60,374 bases of DNA, filler included, from Blastocystis sp. subtype 4 (GCF_000743755.1; 3 parts of 3 records of this genome joined end to end with filler, not necessarily neighbours in it), one strand, 5' to 3'. Shown: positions 35,920 through 49,079, counted from the whole stretch's first letter. The notes: a model not told the origin generated them from the letters alone. Program-made: numbers and translations.

Positions 35920-36944
35920 TTATGCAATCTCTAGACTCATCTCCTTCAGTTCACTTATAAACACATTTCCGTAAACACAATCAGGAGCGATCTCCATAAG
36001 CTCACTTAATTCATTCAGTCTCGTTGAAAACAACCCAGAGGTGACATCCTTTTCAATAATCCCTTTTCTTGTCAATTCGATTGCAATATAGAACAAAGTT
36101 CGCATATAATACCACGAACTCTGATCGTCGCACTCTGTGTACAAGGCATTCAGATTTAGCTCAAGTTCTAGTTCTCACAAAAATACTCTAAACAAACCAT
36201 CTCGAATAGTTTTAATACTTTGTTCACCATCATTTGAGTGAATCAACATGGAATGCAAGAGTTCCCCTCGAAAGTGCCATGCTGAGTAGTTACTTGAATT
36301 TTCATTAATCCTATTCATTGTAAAGGCGAGTAACGAATTAAGAGGAACCTCCATTAGACGCGTTACTAGCATCCAATGATTCCAACAGTGGAAATTACGC
36401 TGATCTGCTTGCAACATCTTCTCACAAAGACCAATTTCCCTTTCTGTAAGCAATGAAGGTCGTCTTAATATCAAATCCAATTAATGCAGATCACTTCTGG
36501 AAAAGCCAACGACGATGGTGCCACACTGGATAGCATTTTGGATCTCTGTTACGAATGATCTCTTCTGTCAATAGAAGTTCCTCATTTAAACATTTCAATT
36601 TGTTTTCTTCAGATCTATATATGAACGACCATTCAAATCCAAACTCTTCGTTATTATCAAGAAGAAGTACTAGATACTCTTTCCGATAGTTCCAAATAGT
36701 GTAGAAATCTGGATTTAATTTAGCCATCACACTAGAAAGCTTGAAGGCTTCTGGGGAGTAATCCTTCGCATGGATCTGGGCTTTATCAATTCCAATCAAT
36801 ACACACCTTTGCAAGGACTGTAACACCAGCATTCTGAAGCTTTACCGCTTTCTTATGTTCCTGCTCGATCTCTTGCTCTGTTTTCTCAGTAATACGTCTC
36901 TGTCGTCCGTGCTATGGATCAATTAGCAACAATTATTCCACCAT
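35920..36944 (-). CDS. RABGGTA: Rab geranylgeranyltransferase alpha subunit
   Basis: M|HGRQRR start; prenyltransferase alpha repeats NPDFYTIWNYR, PKCYPVWHHR, DQRNFHCWNH, NSSNYSAWHFR, YTECDDQSSWYY. Confidence 0.93.
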
Positions 36945-37018
36945 GAGAATTGGATTATTCTTTTGTTTGTATAATATAACAATTGCAAGTTGACAGTAGG
37001 CAGACTGCTCTACTCAAA

Positions 37019-38014
37019 ATGGATCTCATTTGTCCTATCTGTCTACTTCCAATCACAGTAGTAGCTGATTGTTCCTTTTATGTTTAGAATCAAGCAATTC
37101 TCGATTGTTGTAAACATACATTCTGCAAGAAATGCATTATGGCGTGGATGAAAACAACCTTCTCATGTCCCTTATGCAAACGTGGTGTCGGAGTTATTAT
37201 TGCCAATATCCAATCTCCTTCAGAGTATTCACAGTATCTACCGAATGGCAAATATCTCTATTCGAGTTATAGCCCTCGTCGGAAAGTCATGTTTCTCCTA
37301 ACAGTGTTGATTTAACTCTCTAGTTATTCCCTTGGTCTAGTCCCTTTACCCAATTATGAAGGAGCCATTCCCTCTCATTCTATCAAGAAATGTCCTATTC
37401 TAAAAGAATGGACTCAACGAGAGATTGATGTAGTGGTACACTTCATATTTAACAAGCAGACACTTCTTCCTGGATCTGACACTGATTTCTTCGTAACTCT
37501 GATTCTTGAAGGGATCGATCGATATGGATCACGACATGACTATGTTCATAAGAAGATTGAGGATTTGCTACGAGGAAACGTCAATATCTTTTTAAGAGAG
37601 ATTGAAAGCTGTTTTAATTGTCATGCAGTAAGAATGTTATAGACATATGAGTTGTAGAAGAGTCTCAAAGAATATGATTCTCTCATCGAATATTGTTATC
37701 CATCTCTAGCTGGTTTGCGTGTATATCAAAGGTAATTTGTAGAGAGTCGCAATGACCAAGTGACAAGTGATTATCAACATGAGTATAATGTCCTTCTATC
37801 GGAATACAATGAAGTTGATGATGAGTTGAGTGGTTTCCTGAAAGAGAATCCAGAGTTCGAACAGTATGCGAAGGAACTTGAGGCAAAGTATTCTCAAATT
37901 CAATGGGTTGAAGAATCAAATCAATCTAAACCGATTGAAGATACAAATAGACAACCACTTGTACAAGAGGAAGATGATCCATATTTGTATTATCATTCTG
38001 AACATGACTACTAA
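37019..38014 (+). CDS. RING (C3HC4) E3 ligase, Topors/Psh1-like architecture
   Basis: CPICLLPI..CKHTFCKKCIMAW..CPLCK; RRKVIY..GL; LKEWTQREI; spliced to an acidic last exon. TAA followed by TGTTTCTT. Confidence 0.75.
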
Positions 38015-38038
38015 AAATTGTTTCTTCAAACATAATAA

Positions 38039-38220
38039 CTAAAGGGACTCTATTAGACTTGCAATCTCATCTTCTTTGCCATGTGCTTGTTCGGAATCTT
38101 TGGTTTCTTTCGATCCTTGTCATAATCTCCACGAATCTTCCTCGTTCGTTTTGACTGGAACTGAGCTCTCGCTTGTTTCTTATCCTTACTACTGATATCG
38201 AAGAACTCCCTCTTCGTACT
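38039..38220 (-). CDS. 3' end of an unidentified basic protein (5' part lost in gap)
   Basis: Open frame STKREFFDISSKDKKQARAQFQSKRTRKIRG...EIASLIESL-TAG followed by TGTTTGAA. Confidence 0.5.
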
Positions 38221-38320
38221 NNNNNNNNNNNNNNNNNNNNNNNNNNNNNNNNNNNNNNNNNNNNTTAATTAATTAANNNNNNNNNNNNNNNNNNNNNNNN
38301 NNNNNNNNNNNNNNNNNNNN
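38221..38320. other. Artificial assembly gap spacer
   Basis: Identical N44-TTAATTAATTAA-N44 linker. Confidence 0.97.
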
Positions 38321-40845
38321 TCTTCCTTTTCATTTCCAGTGTCCTCCAACAGATCAATGATCATCCTGCTGAGACCTCCTCCTTTGTTTCTGTGGTGCCT
38401 GACCTGTTGAAGGTCGTAAACAGTCTCCTTGCTAACCGTTTGTCTCAGGCCACTGCTCTGGATGCTTTGTATGATGTGATTATTCAGGGTGACTGTCTCA
38501 AGGGCAGTTGGAAACCCATAATCTCAGGCCTTAAAGTGAGTATTGAGAATGGCGGTTATTCGTAGAAAATTGCAGGAACAGAGAATTGTAGTGAAGGTAA
38601 GGAATGAAAGTCAGATTGATCTGAAGCCTTTCCTGATGTCCAGTTGATTCTTGACGACTTTTTGAGTGAGGCTGAGGCCTTGTCGTTAGGAGCTTTGATT
38701 GCTTCATATACACGTCAGCCTCATGACATCAATATTGCATTGAGTGCTATCGGGTTGTATTGGAAACTGGCTGATTATACATTGATCAGTGCGCGTGGTA
38801 GACTGATGAAGGAGAGAATGAGAGATAGAAGCCAAACCAGGAGATCGAGGTGAAATCATAAGGAAAATGCGACAAGAGATAATTGCAACGATTCTTCCAA
38901 CATGTATGGATAATGTGGGTGAAAGGAGGCCAATTGACACTTAGCGACCCAATATCCGAAATACCGCAATTCAGACATTATTCCAGATTTTGGTTTTACA
39001 ACATGGTGGATTCATCTTGGATGATTATTTGGAAGTAATGGAGAGTATAGCGAATCTGGCTTCGAAGTTAGATCGAATCCGAATTCATGGGTATCAAGAA
39101 GGAGACGCAACTCCAATTGAAGATGAAGAGAATATTCGTCGTCATCACACACGTGATACTGTGGAGAAACAGTTCAATGAAACATACTGTTATCTATTGA
39201 AAGGAGTTGATTTGAGGAATGAGAATGATTGAATAGATTAGTAGACTTCTCCGATTATTCATTAAACATTTGTTAACCAAGGTTCAAGGTGATGCTGTAG
39301 CTGAGTACATGAAAGTGTTTAAAAGTATTATGAAATTCTTTGGCAAGTGCATTCTAATTAAAGAAGGAAAGGAAGTTCCTTGTACTGTTCTTACACTCAT
39401 TTCAGAGCTACTTGGTTGGATTCGTGATTATTTGTCAGATGTCTTCTTCAATGGTTTTATTGATCAATAGAATGTTACTGCACAGACACTCTTCTCTCTA
39501 ACAATTGCTCGGGTTTTTGATGTTTTGTCAAATTCAGAGTTGACTCATTGGTTTGTATTGATGTGTAGATTGGGTAATAATACAGAAGCAGATGATTTAT
39601 TGGCTTCAATTGGTACTTCTATGCTCTCTCTGATCAAAGATTAGTAGAATATGATAATCAAGAATCACTGATAGTTCATTCATTCTCTTAGATCCTGATT
39701 ATACTTATTTCCAATCCCTTTTAAGTGTGCTTGTATCTATGATAACAACAGATGGTGTGGCACTACGTAGTGGAGCTGGTACCAAATACAATACTAATCG
39801 TCCTAAAGGCAAACTGGATAGTACTCAAGTAGTGACAATGGAGAGAGTATGAGCATAGAAATGGATTATGGAGGCATTGAAACTAATCTATTCAGTAATG
39901 AACAAGAATGGGAAGTATCTCATTGATTACAAGACCTTCACAAGTACATTGGATCAAATGCTGGAAGTGGCTAAGCAGGATAATGCAACTCATGCCAATG
40001 ATGTGTTTATTGTGATCTTAGAAGAATTCATTCCAACGTTAATGAAACGAAAGGAAGCAAGAGCTTTAGCTCGAGCATATCTGGCAGAAGAAGCAAAGAA
40101 GGAAGCTGCTGCTCTTCAACAACGCTTAGGAGGAGCTGTCATAGAAGAATATCCATTGTTCGAGACAGTAACACGTGAGAATGGAGAGAAACTGTTAAGT
40201 CAAATTGAAAGTGTGTGGAGTCAGTTAGAGGAGATGGAAGATGGAGATCAAGCCAAGAGTTTAGAGTTCTTCATTGTGAGGAATGCAAGTGTCTTGTCTG
40301 TGGTGATGGGTGAGGAGTGGATTTGTTCAGTAATTCAGCTCTTGAGCAAGACTATGATCACTGCATTGAGTAAAGATAAAGGTGAGAATTGAGTGTAGAG
40401 AGATTGGGAGAAGAGAATGATGTAGAGAGGAAGATCTTCATTGATACTGGATTAGAAACATTGAATAGTCTGCGTCAGGGACAGTTACAAGATGGTGATG
40501 GAAAACGAAACACTTCTATCACTGAAACTCCTTGTGCTGAATTGCCTGGAAGTGTATGTGAAAAGGCGAATAAGGAGTTTGTGGATGTATGTATGGAAGG
40601 ACTGAGTATGTCAACACGTGTGTTGACAGCAGATCGTAGGATTAAGAGAGATGTGTGAAATAGATGCATTGAGTGATTTACGGAATGTAGTACTTCGTAT
40701 GATTGAATTGATAAGGAAAGGAGAGTCAGTAATGAAGGAACAAGGAAGGCTTGAAGGAGAAGAGGTGTTGAAAGAGAAGATTGAAGGGTTGAAAAGTTGT
40801 GGGGATGTAACGATTGCTCAAGCTGCTGGAATTGCTTTCAATTAA
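38321..40845 (+). CDS. MON2: Mon2 (Arf-GEF-like endosome/Golgi scaffold), C-terminal part
   Basis: DINIALSAIGLYWKLADY, RPNIRNTAIQTLFQIL, HHTRDTVEKQFNET..LLKG correspond to Mon2 motifs. TGTTTGTT at 40860-40867. Confidence 0.85.
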
Positions 40846-40905
40846 GGATATTGCGTAAGTGTTTGTTCAACTCGAGTTTGGGATTGGTTTGATCACATCT
40901 CTTTC

Positions 40906-42769
40906 ATGTCATCTGTTGATGTAGAATTGAATAGAGTGATAAGACTCGTAGATTGACTCTCGTGGAGTGATTCAACTCATTCTTCAATATCTGCAGGAAA
41001 ACAATCTTACGGAATCCTATAATACACTTTCAAAAGAGACTCGGTGAGTTTTGATGGAGTTGGATGAAACACAGCGTTTCAACAAATATTATTTCTAACA
41101 AGGAGCTGTTCCTTTCTTCGATTGTTTCAGGCAAATGGGACTATGTTTTACAACAAGTGAGGGAAGTGAGTTCGCTTGATATTCAGACCTCGACACTTAT
41201 GTTACCAAAGACCGTTCTGATGGATCTTTATGAACAGATATTCTATGAGTTGTTGGAGATTCGAGAGATGTTCACAGCAAACGAGCTACTTACGAAGTGT
41301 GAACCGTTGGTGATGATGAAAACCGAGATGGAAGAACGGTATTGTTCTTGGTTGTTGTTGATGGGAAGGTACTTGAACTTACAGTATTGGTTGAAGAAAT
41401 CATATTTCGATCCTGTGGAAGCATATCCTGCAGGTGAAACAAAAGAATCTCGTAGACAGAAGCTTGCAAGTCTTCTCAGTTCGTATGTAAGTGTGAATAG
41501 GAGAAATGATCTTTAGATAACTGTGGCTCCTTCGTCACGTCTGCTCACACTCCTTCAACAAGCATTGTGTTATGAGAAGGAGAAAGGACTTCTGGTTGAA
41601 GGTGAAAATGTGGACATTTTCCGGAATTGTGCAGAATCAGTCATAATCGAAGATGCCATCCCCACAGTCAAAGTATTTACATGATTGGACTCTGATTCTA
41701 GTGGAACACAATTCAGTTCCCAAAGGGAAGTTATCCTGAAGTGGTATGTGTGTCTCCAAATGGTCAATATGTGGTGAGTGGAAGTGTAGATGGTCTGATT
41801 GAAGTGTGGGATATGGAGAAGGGTTCATTACGGCAAGAACTGCCTTATCAAAAGAATGTTTGTTATTTGGTATTCCATAATTCTTAGGAGAAATTCATGG
41901 CTCATTCAAAGAGTGTATTGAGTCTCGCCTTCAGTAGTGACTCCGAGTACTTGGCTTCAGGTGATTTAGAAGGAACAATCAAAGTGTGGAGAGTGAGTAC
42001 TGGAGGTCTGTTACGTCGTTTCAGTTGTGTTCATGATGGAGGAGTGACATGTTTGTGTTTCAATGCGAATAGTCAACAAGTGTGCTCCTCTTCCTTCGAT
42101 GGAACTGTGAGGTGAGAGAAGAGAGAAGGAATGATTGATAGGATTCATGGATTGAAGAGTGGAAAGACATTGAAAGTTATGCGTGGTCATACAAGGTGAG
42201 AGAGGATAATGAGAATGAGACATAGTTATGTGAATAGTGTGATATATATGATTGATCAATCTTGTCTGCTTCTTCCGATGGTTCTGTGAAACTGTGGAAT
42301 ATCGCTACAAGTGAGTGTGTCAATACCATTCTACCTGCTAAAGCTGCAGAGAGTTATGCTGATATCAGTGTGATGTTGGCCCAGCCGTTAGTACAAAACC
42401 CCAATCTGATATTGATCATAGCGAAACTGAATACAGCCTATGTAGGAGTATTGTGGAGAATGTAAAGGAAGGTGATGACTATATCAGGAAGGATTGTATA
42501 TAGTATGAAGACAGATCGAGAGGATATTCAATTCATTTGTGGATGTTTGTCTCCTCATGTGAATAAGAGAAAGAGAATTGATGAATAGGGAAAGTATGTG
42601 TATTGTGTGAGTGAAGATGGATATCGATACTGCTTCAATGGNGAAGATGGAGAGTTGATAGAGAAGCGACGAATGGCTGACTATGAGCTATTAGGAGTGA
42701 CTCATTATCCCAACTCCAATGGAATGCTTAGTTATTCTCAGAAGGGAGATATTACAGCTTGGAGAACCT
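40906..42769 (+). CDS. SMU1: Spliceosomal WD40 protein SMU1; stop predicted to be completed by poly(A)
   Basis: LisH VIQLILQYLQENNL, GKWDYVL, LMDLYEQIFYELLEIRE, APSSRLLTLLQQAL, SGSVDGLIEVW, ASSDGSVKLW. Predicted end ITAWRT. Confidence 0.94.
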
Positions 42770-42773
42770 ATCG

Positions 42774-42789
42774 TGTTTGCTAACAAACA
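42774..42789. terminator. Bidirectional 3'-end element TGTTTGCT/AACAAACA
   Basis: Back-to-back motifs between the convergent SMU1 and IPK genes. Confidence 0.8.
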
Positions 42790-42815
42790 GAATTCTAAAA
42801 GAATGACTTAATCAA

Positions 42816-43625
42816 TCAAAGAGAAGTATACAACGTCGTCAGTTCCTGGATAATACGTTTAATTCCAACAATACAACCTTCATCACACTCTGTAGGAGGC
42901 AGTTGTTTCACATGTGCAAAATCAACAAGTCGAACAATGGGCTTGTACTCAGCCTCCGTGTTACCCTCAAGAATAAACAGAATACTCGTGCAGATGAACT
43001 TTAAATGGCCAGGAGTTTCGAACCACGCCAAGATCGGTTTCAGTTGGTTGATGATAGATTGGACCACCTCTTTCTTTTTATCTTGTGTCACCTGGGAAAA
43101 GTAAGTTGCAAACATAGAATTTAATGTCTCCTCGGTCAAACTGTACCCATACTTCTTGTCATACACATCAAATTGATGCTTTTCATGATTGTATACGCGC
43201 ATTCCGGTTAATCGGAAACCAATCGTACGTTGCAAAGGGTACTTCTTTGATTCACGATCAATCTTCTCCTGAGGAGCATCATCTTCCCAAGTCTTTGTAC
43301 CGATCTTTAGATCAATTACAGATGGTTTTTCATATCCATATGTGAGATCATCAAGAATCATGAACTGTCCCTTTTCACCAACTTGTTTCACTCCATGATA
43401 GCCAGCAATCCATTGCGTGAATTCTGGATACCGTTCTGCTATGGTTGAATAGAACGATACTTCCTTTTCTCTGTAAATCAATCAATACACGGATTCCAAC
43501 CCTCTTCCCAGATCTTGGAGCTGTTTCAAGATCCAACTTCCTTGATGAAGCATTCCTTGGTTCTGTAGCTCAAAGGTATGTCCTCCCACTTGGTTTTCAA
43601 ATGCAGTAATGGGTGATGAATCCAT
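42816..43625 (-). CDS. Inositol polyphosphate kinase (IPK/IPMK family)
   Basis: QVGGH, EKEVSFY, LDDLTYGYEKPSVIDLKIG (PxxxDxKxG), GFRLTGM, TSIL, RLVDFAH. Confidence 0.93.
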
Positions 43626-43706
43626 AGATCAAATATACCAATCTTAACTTTTGTTTCCGCGATTCTTCGGTTATACTCAAACTCCATTGTGGACGGTTTG
43701 GATCTT

Positions 43707-44753
43707 ATGAAATCAATGAATCGTGTAGAAACGATAGGTAGTTCCGTTATGGAGAGTTATATGGGTGCTGTATTTCGTGCCTGTGTATTCTAAGTGTTGC
43801 TTTTCTCATTGTTAGAATAGTCTCAAAAATGTCTCTTTAGAGGAGTACTCATAGTGATTGCTTGAGAATGTAGTATCTCAATTGGACATGTGACTTCTTG
43901 GTTTGTTTCGTGTGGAATTCCGCTAAGCGATCAAGGTACATCTATTATTCATAGTCAAATAAAGATCTTGATACTGTTATTGACTTTCTGGGTTCGTCTT
44001 TTACATCAGTAAAGGATTTCTTGGATAATACAAATAGACATTTTGAGTTGGAGAAGAGTATGATAAAGACAATTCATTGATTTCATAGGCATGGATGTTC
44101 CAAATCAGCAATATGCTATGCAAGGTCAGATTCTAGATACAATTCATGAAGAAACAGAATCATCAACAACTCATTCCAAAGTGAATGATACAATTCAAAA
44201 TCCTCCCTCTCTTTTCGATGATTCTGTGACAGATAACTCCAGCATTCCTATTTCAAACACCGTTGTGCATAATGACGAACCAAGTTTAGAGAAACCGGAT
44301 ATTGTTCGTATTGAAGTAGTGTATTTAGTTATAGACAAGTGTGGAGTATGAAACGGTGAGAATGATACGCATGAGTATGGATTGATGAAAATGTTGACTA
44401 TAGAGCGAATGGTGAGCAGTCTTCAGTCAATGCATCGGCACATCTACTTTAATGTGAATTCATTATCTGATGACCAACTTCAAGAATTCTATCATTCTCT
44501 TGAACAACAAGAGGAGGGAAATGCAGAATTACGGGGAGTTACGATTCGAGATGTTGAGAAGAACGATGCATTTGATTGCAATTTTGTAGTTATGATGGTT
44601 TGGCGACTTATGGGAGATGGAAGTAAAGCGGGTGAAAGCAAGCTTTTTTCAAGTTGGAAAACGAAAGTGAATGTGGCTGCGCAACAAGTGCTTGCTACTA
44701 CTGCAATAGGTTTTCTTGATATCTTGAGTGATGGCATTTACGTGTACCAATAA
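43707..44753 (+). CDS. Hypothetical protein (multi-exon)
   Basis: Chain of exons separated by ~30-nt GT-AG introns. TAA at 44751-44753 followed by TGTTTCTT. Start uncertain; no family recognised. Confidence 0.55.
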
Positions 44754-44766
44754 ACATGTTTCTTAT

Positions 44767-45947
44767 TTACAAATTTAACCGTTTCGAAGGATTCTCGATT
44801 TCACTTCCTCTAAGGGGAATTGATTCATCTATGCCTACTCTCGTTTCTTTGATGACTGAAACAGTAACTCGTTATTATGAGTAATTGCATTGATGTATAT
44901 TCCACACTTTTCAATCAGCTTCTTGTTCTCTTGGAGTTCATTATCCTACGATCACATTTCGTCCTTATTCCAACTTGAGTTTCAATTGCATGATTCACTA
45001 ATTCTTCTAATCTCTGTAGAGCATCCAATTCACGATAGCAACTACTTTTTTCCTCATTACACAGTGACATCACCTCCTTCACGTTGATACAAACTTCATA
45101 TTCTTCACAGTCACTTCCATATTCAGAAGGATCGAAATCACGTATCTTTTCAAGCAGATTCCTCTTCGCTTCGATCTGACGTCGTAAGGGAGATGTAGAT
45201 TTGAAACTCTCAAAATGTGATAAAAAGCGTTGTAACTCAACAGATACTACGTTCTACAACCAATTCAGTCATACGATTCTCTTTTGCTGCATCGTTCCTT
45301 TCTACAGGAGCTACCGCTGAGATTGACTCATAAGCAGGTTCTGGTTCTTGGGCATGAATGTTGATATCATTGAATTGAGGGAATTGTAAACTACATCAAA
45401 CATTTCTAAAAATGAGTACAAAACCTGACTTGGGATGCTGCTCAAAACTCTTGCAGTCATGGAACGACCCATCGTATGTTTATCGTTCCAGAGACGAATA
45501 ACACCAAGAATTCGACTTGCAATTTCCGGATATTCGATCTTCCTACCATCAATTCCAAAACAGAGAACCTACTCAAGTGATTTCTCAACCATGTATGGAA
45601 GGAGATCAGCAAACAAAGGTGTATACTATCCTATAATCGAAAAAGAATACAAGGTACTGAAAACACGCCTGTAGATCGCTCTCGAACCAGAACATTGTTG
45701 GCAAGAAAGAAGAGATACAATCTGGTTTGATATGGTACTAACTGTTAGGAACAAAAGAAACGATCACCATTAACATACATGTCTCGTATCATATCAACAA
45801 TTCTTTTTGCATCACTGCTATTCTCTTCCAACCATAATGTCATATCTCCGAATCATCGAATTACCTAACAACAGTACCCGAAATACATTGCGATGTTCCA
45901 TTAATTGAATGTAATTTCCTTGCACAATCCTCCAAGATGAAAACCAT
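44767..45947 (-). CDS. CTD-interacting domain (CID/RPR) protein, RPRD1/Rtt103-like
   Basis: MVFILEDCARKLHSINGTSQCIS|DMTLWL..AKRIVDM; RLYLFFLANNVL; RILGVIRLWNDK; C-terminal coiled coil. Confidence 0.75.
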
Positions 45948-45997
45948 ACGGAGTTCAAATTGCAGTTTATCAAAATGTCAATGAAGAAACAGGTTCA

Positions 45998-46928
45998 TTA
46001 TACAACATTATTAACAGTTTGCATCATTTCTTTGTTATCTGAACGGTTTTCAACAAGACGTTCACAAGACCGAACCCATTTCCAACCAAAGGTGAGGTAA
46101 TATGCTAGGAATGCAGAAAGTGCACCTACTATGTAACCCGCAATAACATCATCTCCCCGATGTTTGTAGTCCCACTATGAATAAGTTCTCAGAAAAGAAT
46201 CAACGATTCGAGAACTTCCAACATATAAAGGAACGCTCAGACACACAAGAATAATAGCAGAAATAAGTCCTCTCTTCACAGATCGTTTCCATCCTTTTAC
46301 TTGCCATACCGAACCAACAAGAAGAATCGATGTAAACGTTGCATCCAACATAGTGTGTGATGCATGACCCGATGGATAGCTCCGAAGAGAATCTTTAATG
46401 TGCTTCTCCTACACCTTAAAGGAGAACAACTAAGGAACGGTTCCGGTGCACTTCTTCATATCGACGATGTGGCCTATTGTACCGAAGATTCTAGTTCCAT
46501 TTACTGATGATTGGGGATAACCACATCTCTCAAAGAAGCAGGGTCTGGGCCTTCCTGTTACATTCTTCATAACACTGGTGACACTTTCATTGATACAAAA
46601 GGCTAAAGCCATGAAATAGACCACTCTCAGCGTCTATTTGATAGGACGGTAGGATGAGTACATTCAATTGAGTTCTTTTTTCAGTAGATGCAAAGAAAAT
46701 CGTTATCCCAATGAAGGGAACAGCGAAGAAAACGATTAACCATGGAACTGTTCTATCCATAAAGTCCTAAGATATCTCTTACGGGACCGTATTGTTGACA
46801 GGATACGATAGAGAAATATCTCCTTCAATGATCATTGTCTGATGAGGAGTCATGAACTGGCTACCTAGAGCAATCCCTGCTGCAATCAAAAGGCTAATTC
46901 CGTAGACTATCAGTCGGGTTGTTTTCAT
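45998..46928 (-). CDS. PAP2-family lipid phosphate phosphatase
   Basis: C1 KNVTGRPRP, C2 SYPSGH, C3 SRI|WDYKH..DVIAG; several TM helices. Confidence 0.92.
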
Positions 46929-46997
46929 AGAAAGAATGAATTGGGACTCGTTACGCCATGATCCCCGTTACCCAAATAGACGATTTGCTACATTAAA

Positions 46998-48517
46998 ATG
47001 AAAATTCTTCCATCTTTTATATTTTTGCTCATTTGCTTTTGCCTTGGATTTGCTGATGATGAAGTTGTAACATCGTTGGATGTTGATTCGTTCGATGTCT
47101 TCTTAGAAACGCATTCAGATGTGGTAGTTAAGTTTTATGCACCTGTAAGAGTTGAAATTATTATTTGATCCCGAGTGGTGTCGAGTGTGTCAGAAAATCG
47201 AACCTATCTTCAAGGAAGTAGCAGCTGAAATAAAATCTGGAATTCGATTTGCTGAGATTGATGTCTCAGCAAATCCAAAAATTGGTCGTCGTTTGAATCT
47301 AAAGGGAGTTCCAGTTATTAATTACTACAAGCAAGGTAAATCTTTTGAATATCGTGGAAGAATTGACAAACAGTACACTTGTAAACTGAGAGTGAAGATT
47401 AGGGATTTGTTGAAGTTTGTGGAGGGATTGGCAACAGTAGAGAGTAGCCAAGCAGAGTCTGTGGATTTAGATCGGAGAGTGAAGCTTTTGGAGGATCAAA
47501 TCGCTCTACACGACGTAGTCATCGTTAGTTACTTTGGTGAAGATGAAAAGGATGTGACTGTGGAAGTGGATGCAGCTGTATTGTCTATACCAGATGTAGT
47601 GAGACTTATCATTCCGGAGAAGCGGATTGCAGAACGCATGCATGCCCCTTTCCACTCTCTAGTTCTGTATAAGTCAGGTGAAGAGGCAAAAGTCTACGAA
47701 GGGTCTCTTAATCAAGCTGACATTAAGAAATGGGTTTTGCTAGAACTGTTGCCTTTGATCGTTCCTTATACAGCAGAAAACACACGCAAGATCTTCAATA
47801 AGGAACATGGTGTTGATGTGCAACTCCTATATTTTGCTCCCACCGAGAATCCAAATCAGAGCGTAATTGACGCTACAAAAGTGATGGAACGTATTGCTAA
47901 GAAGTATCGATATCGTCTCATCGTTATCCAGATTCCCGCAGAGAATTCGAGACTTATTGATTTCTATGGTGTTGAAAAGAAAGATATTCCTACTGCTGTT
48001 CTGACTCTGGTAGAAGGTGGTCAACCGAAAAAGTATCGTTTGTATGATAGTATCTCTGATGTGTCTGTTTCAACTTTTATTGATCAAGCAATGAACGGAA
48101 AACTAGAATCCTTTCTCCGTTCGGAGAGAAAGCCAAATCAGTTTGTTGGACCTGTTTATGTGGTTGAATCATTTTGAGTTCATTTATAGAAAGTAGTAGG
48201 ATCAACCTTTGAAGAGGTTGTCTACAATCCAGACAAGAATGTAGTAGTTCGATTTTTTGCTCCATGGTGTGGTAAAAGTAGTGACTTCGAGCCCATATAT
48301 GAGGAGGTTGCAAAATCCTATTTGATGGATTCGTCGATTATGTTCACTGATGTTGATCTGACAAAGAATGAAGTGAGAGGATTTGAGTACCGAGATTTCC
48401 CGGTTATTCTCTTCTTCAAGAAGGGAAAGGAGTATGTGATGTATCAGGGTGAGTTGGAAAAGGAGCCATTCCAACAGTTTATCGAAGAAAACCTTATGTC
48501 GTATGAATCTGAACTTT
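46998..48517 (+). CDS. Protein disulfide isomerase family protein (a-b-b'-a'); stop predicted to be completed by poly(A)
   Basis: Signal peptide, KFYAP|WCRVC, FLRSE, RFFAPWCGKS, FPVILFF. Predicted C-terminus YESEL. Confidence 0.9.
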
Positions 48518-48521
48518 CTCT

Positions 48522-48529
48522 TGTTTGTT
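48522..48529 (+). terminator. TGTTTGTT 3'-end motif inside the genomic PDI reading frame
   Basis: Exact motif starting 5 nt after the in-frame T at 48517. Confidence 0.85.
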
Positions 48530-48615
48530 GACACTGTGGAAACAGGGAAACTCTAGGACACAAATTCGGCCTATTTTGTCAGGAAGAAATCGAAATATCC
48601 AAAACTGATTCTATC

Positions 48616-49079
48616 ATGTGTAAAACTGCTGGCAGTAGGGAGTAGAGTGGGTGAATGACCCGATTAGAGTCTGCGATGTACACATTGTTCTCCATTGTGG
48701 GAACTTGCTTTATGGTTTCTATATGACGGTTTTGATAAGTCTATTAGTTTTTCCTTTACGCAGTATTTAAGAGCAACCCTGAAATGTACGATGAGTTGAA
48801 GAATCCCGATGTCACTTGTAAGGGTCTATTTGAGACAGGTAAATTCCATGTTAAGTTGTTTGAGAGATAGCAATTGCATATTTAGTAACAGCTGTCGTTT
48901 CTGGCGCGTTTTGGATCTACCATATGTAAGAAATGAGATGCTGATATTAGTACTGTAGACAGAAGGATAAGAAAACGGTAGTGGTCGAGGAATCTGCTTT
49001 TGAACTAAGTAAGAAGCGTTTCCACTTTGCTACTACGAATACTGATACAACGGTTCCTTTGCTCAAGGCCCAGTTGTAG
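48616..49079 (+). CDS. Small two-TM protein, possibly RNASEK / V-ATPase subunit f-like
   Basis: Five exons: MCKTAGK|SAMYTLFSIVGTCFM|FFLYAVFKSNP..TCKGLFET|AIAYLVTAVVSGAFWIYH|..; family assignment from topology only. Confidence 0.55.

Noticed and set aside
42642..42642. Single N in the SMU1 last exon
   Set aside because: Ambiguous base call; the frame is preserved.
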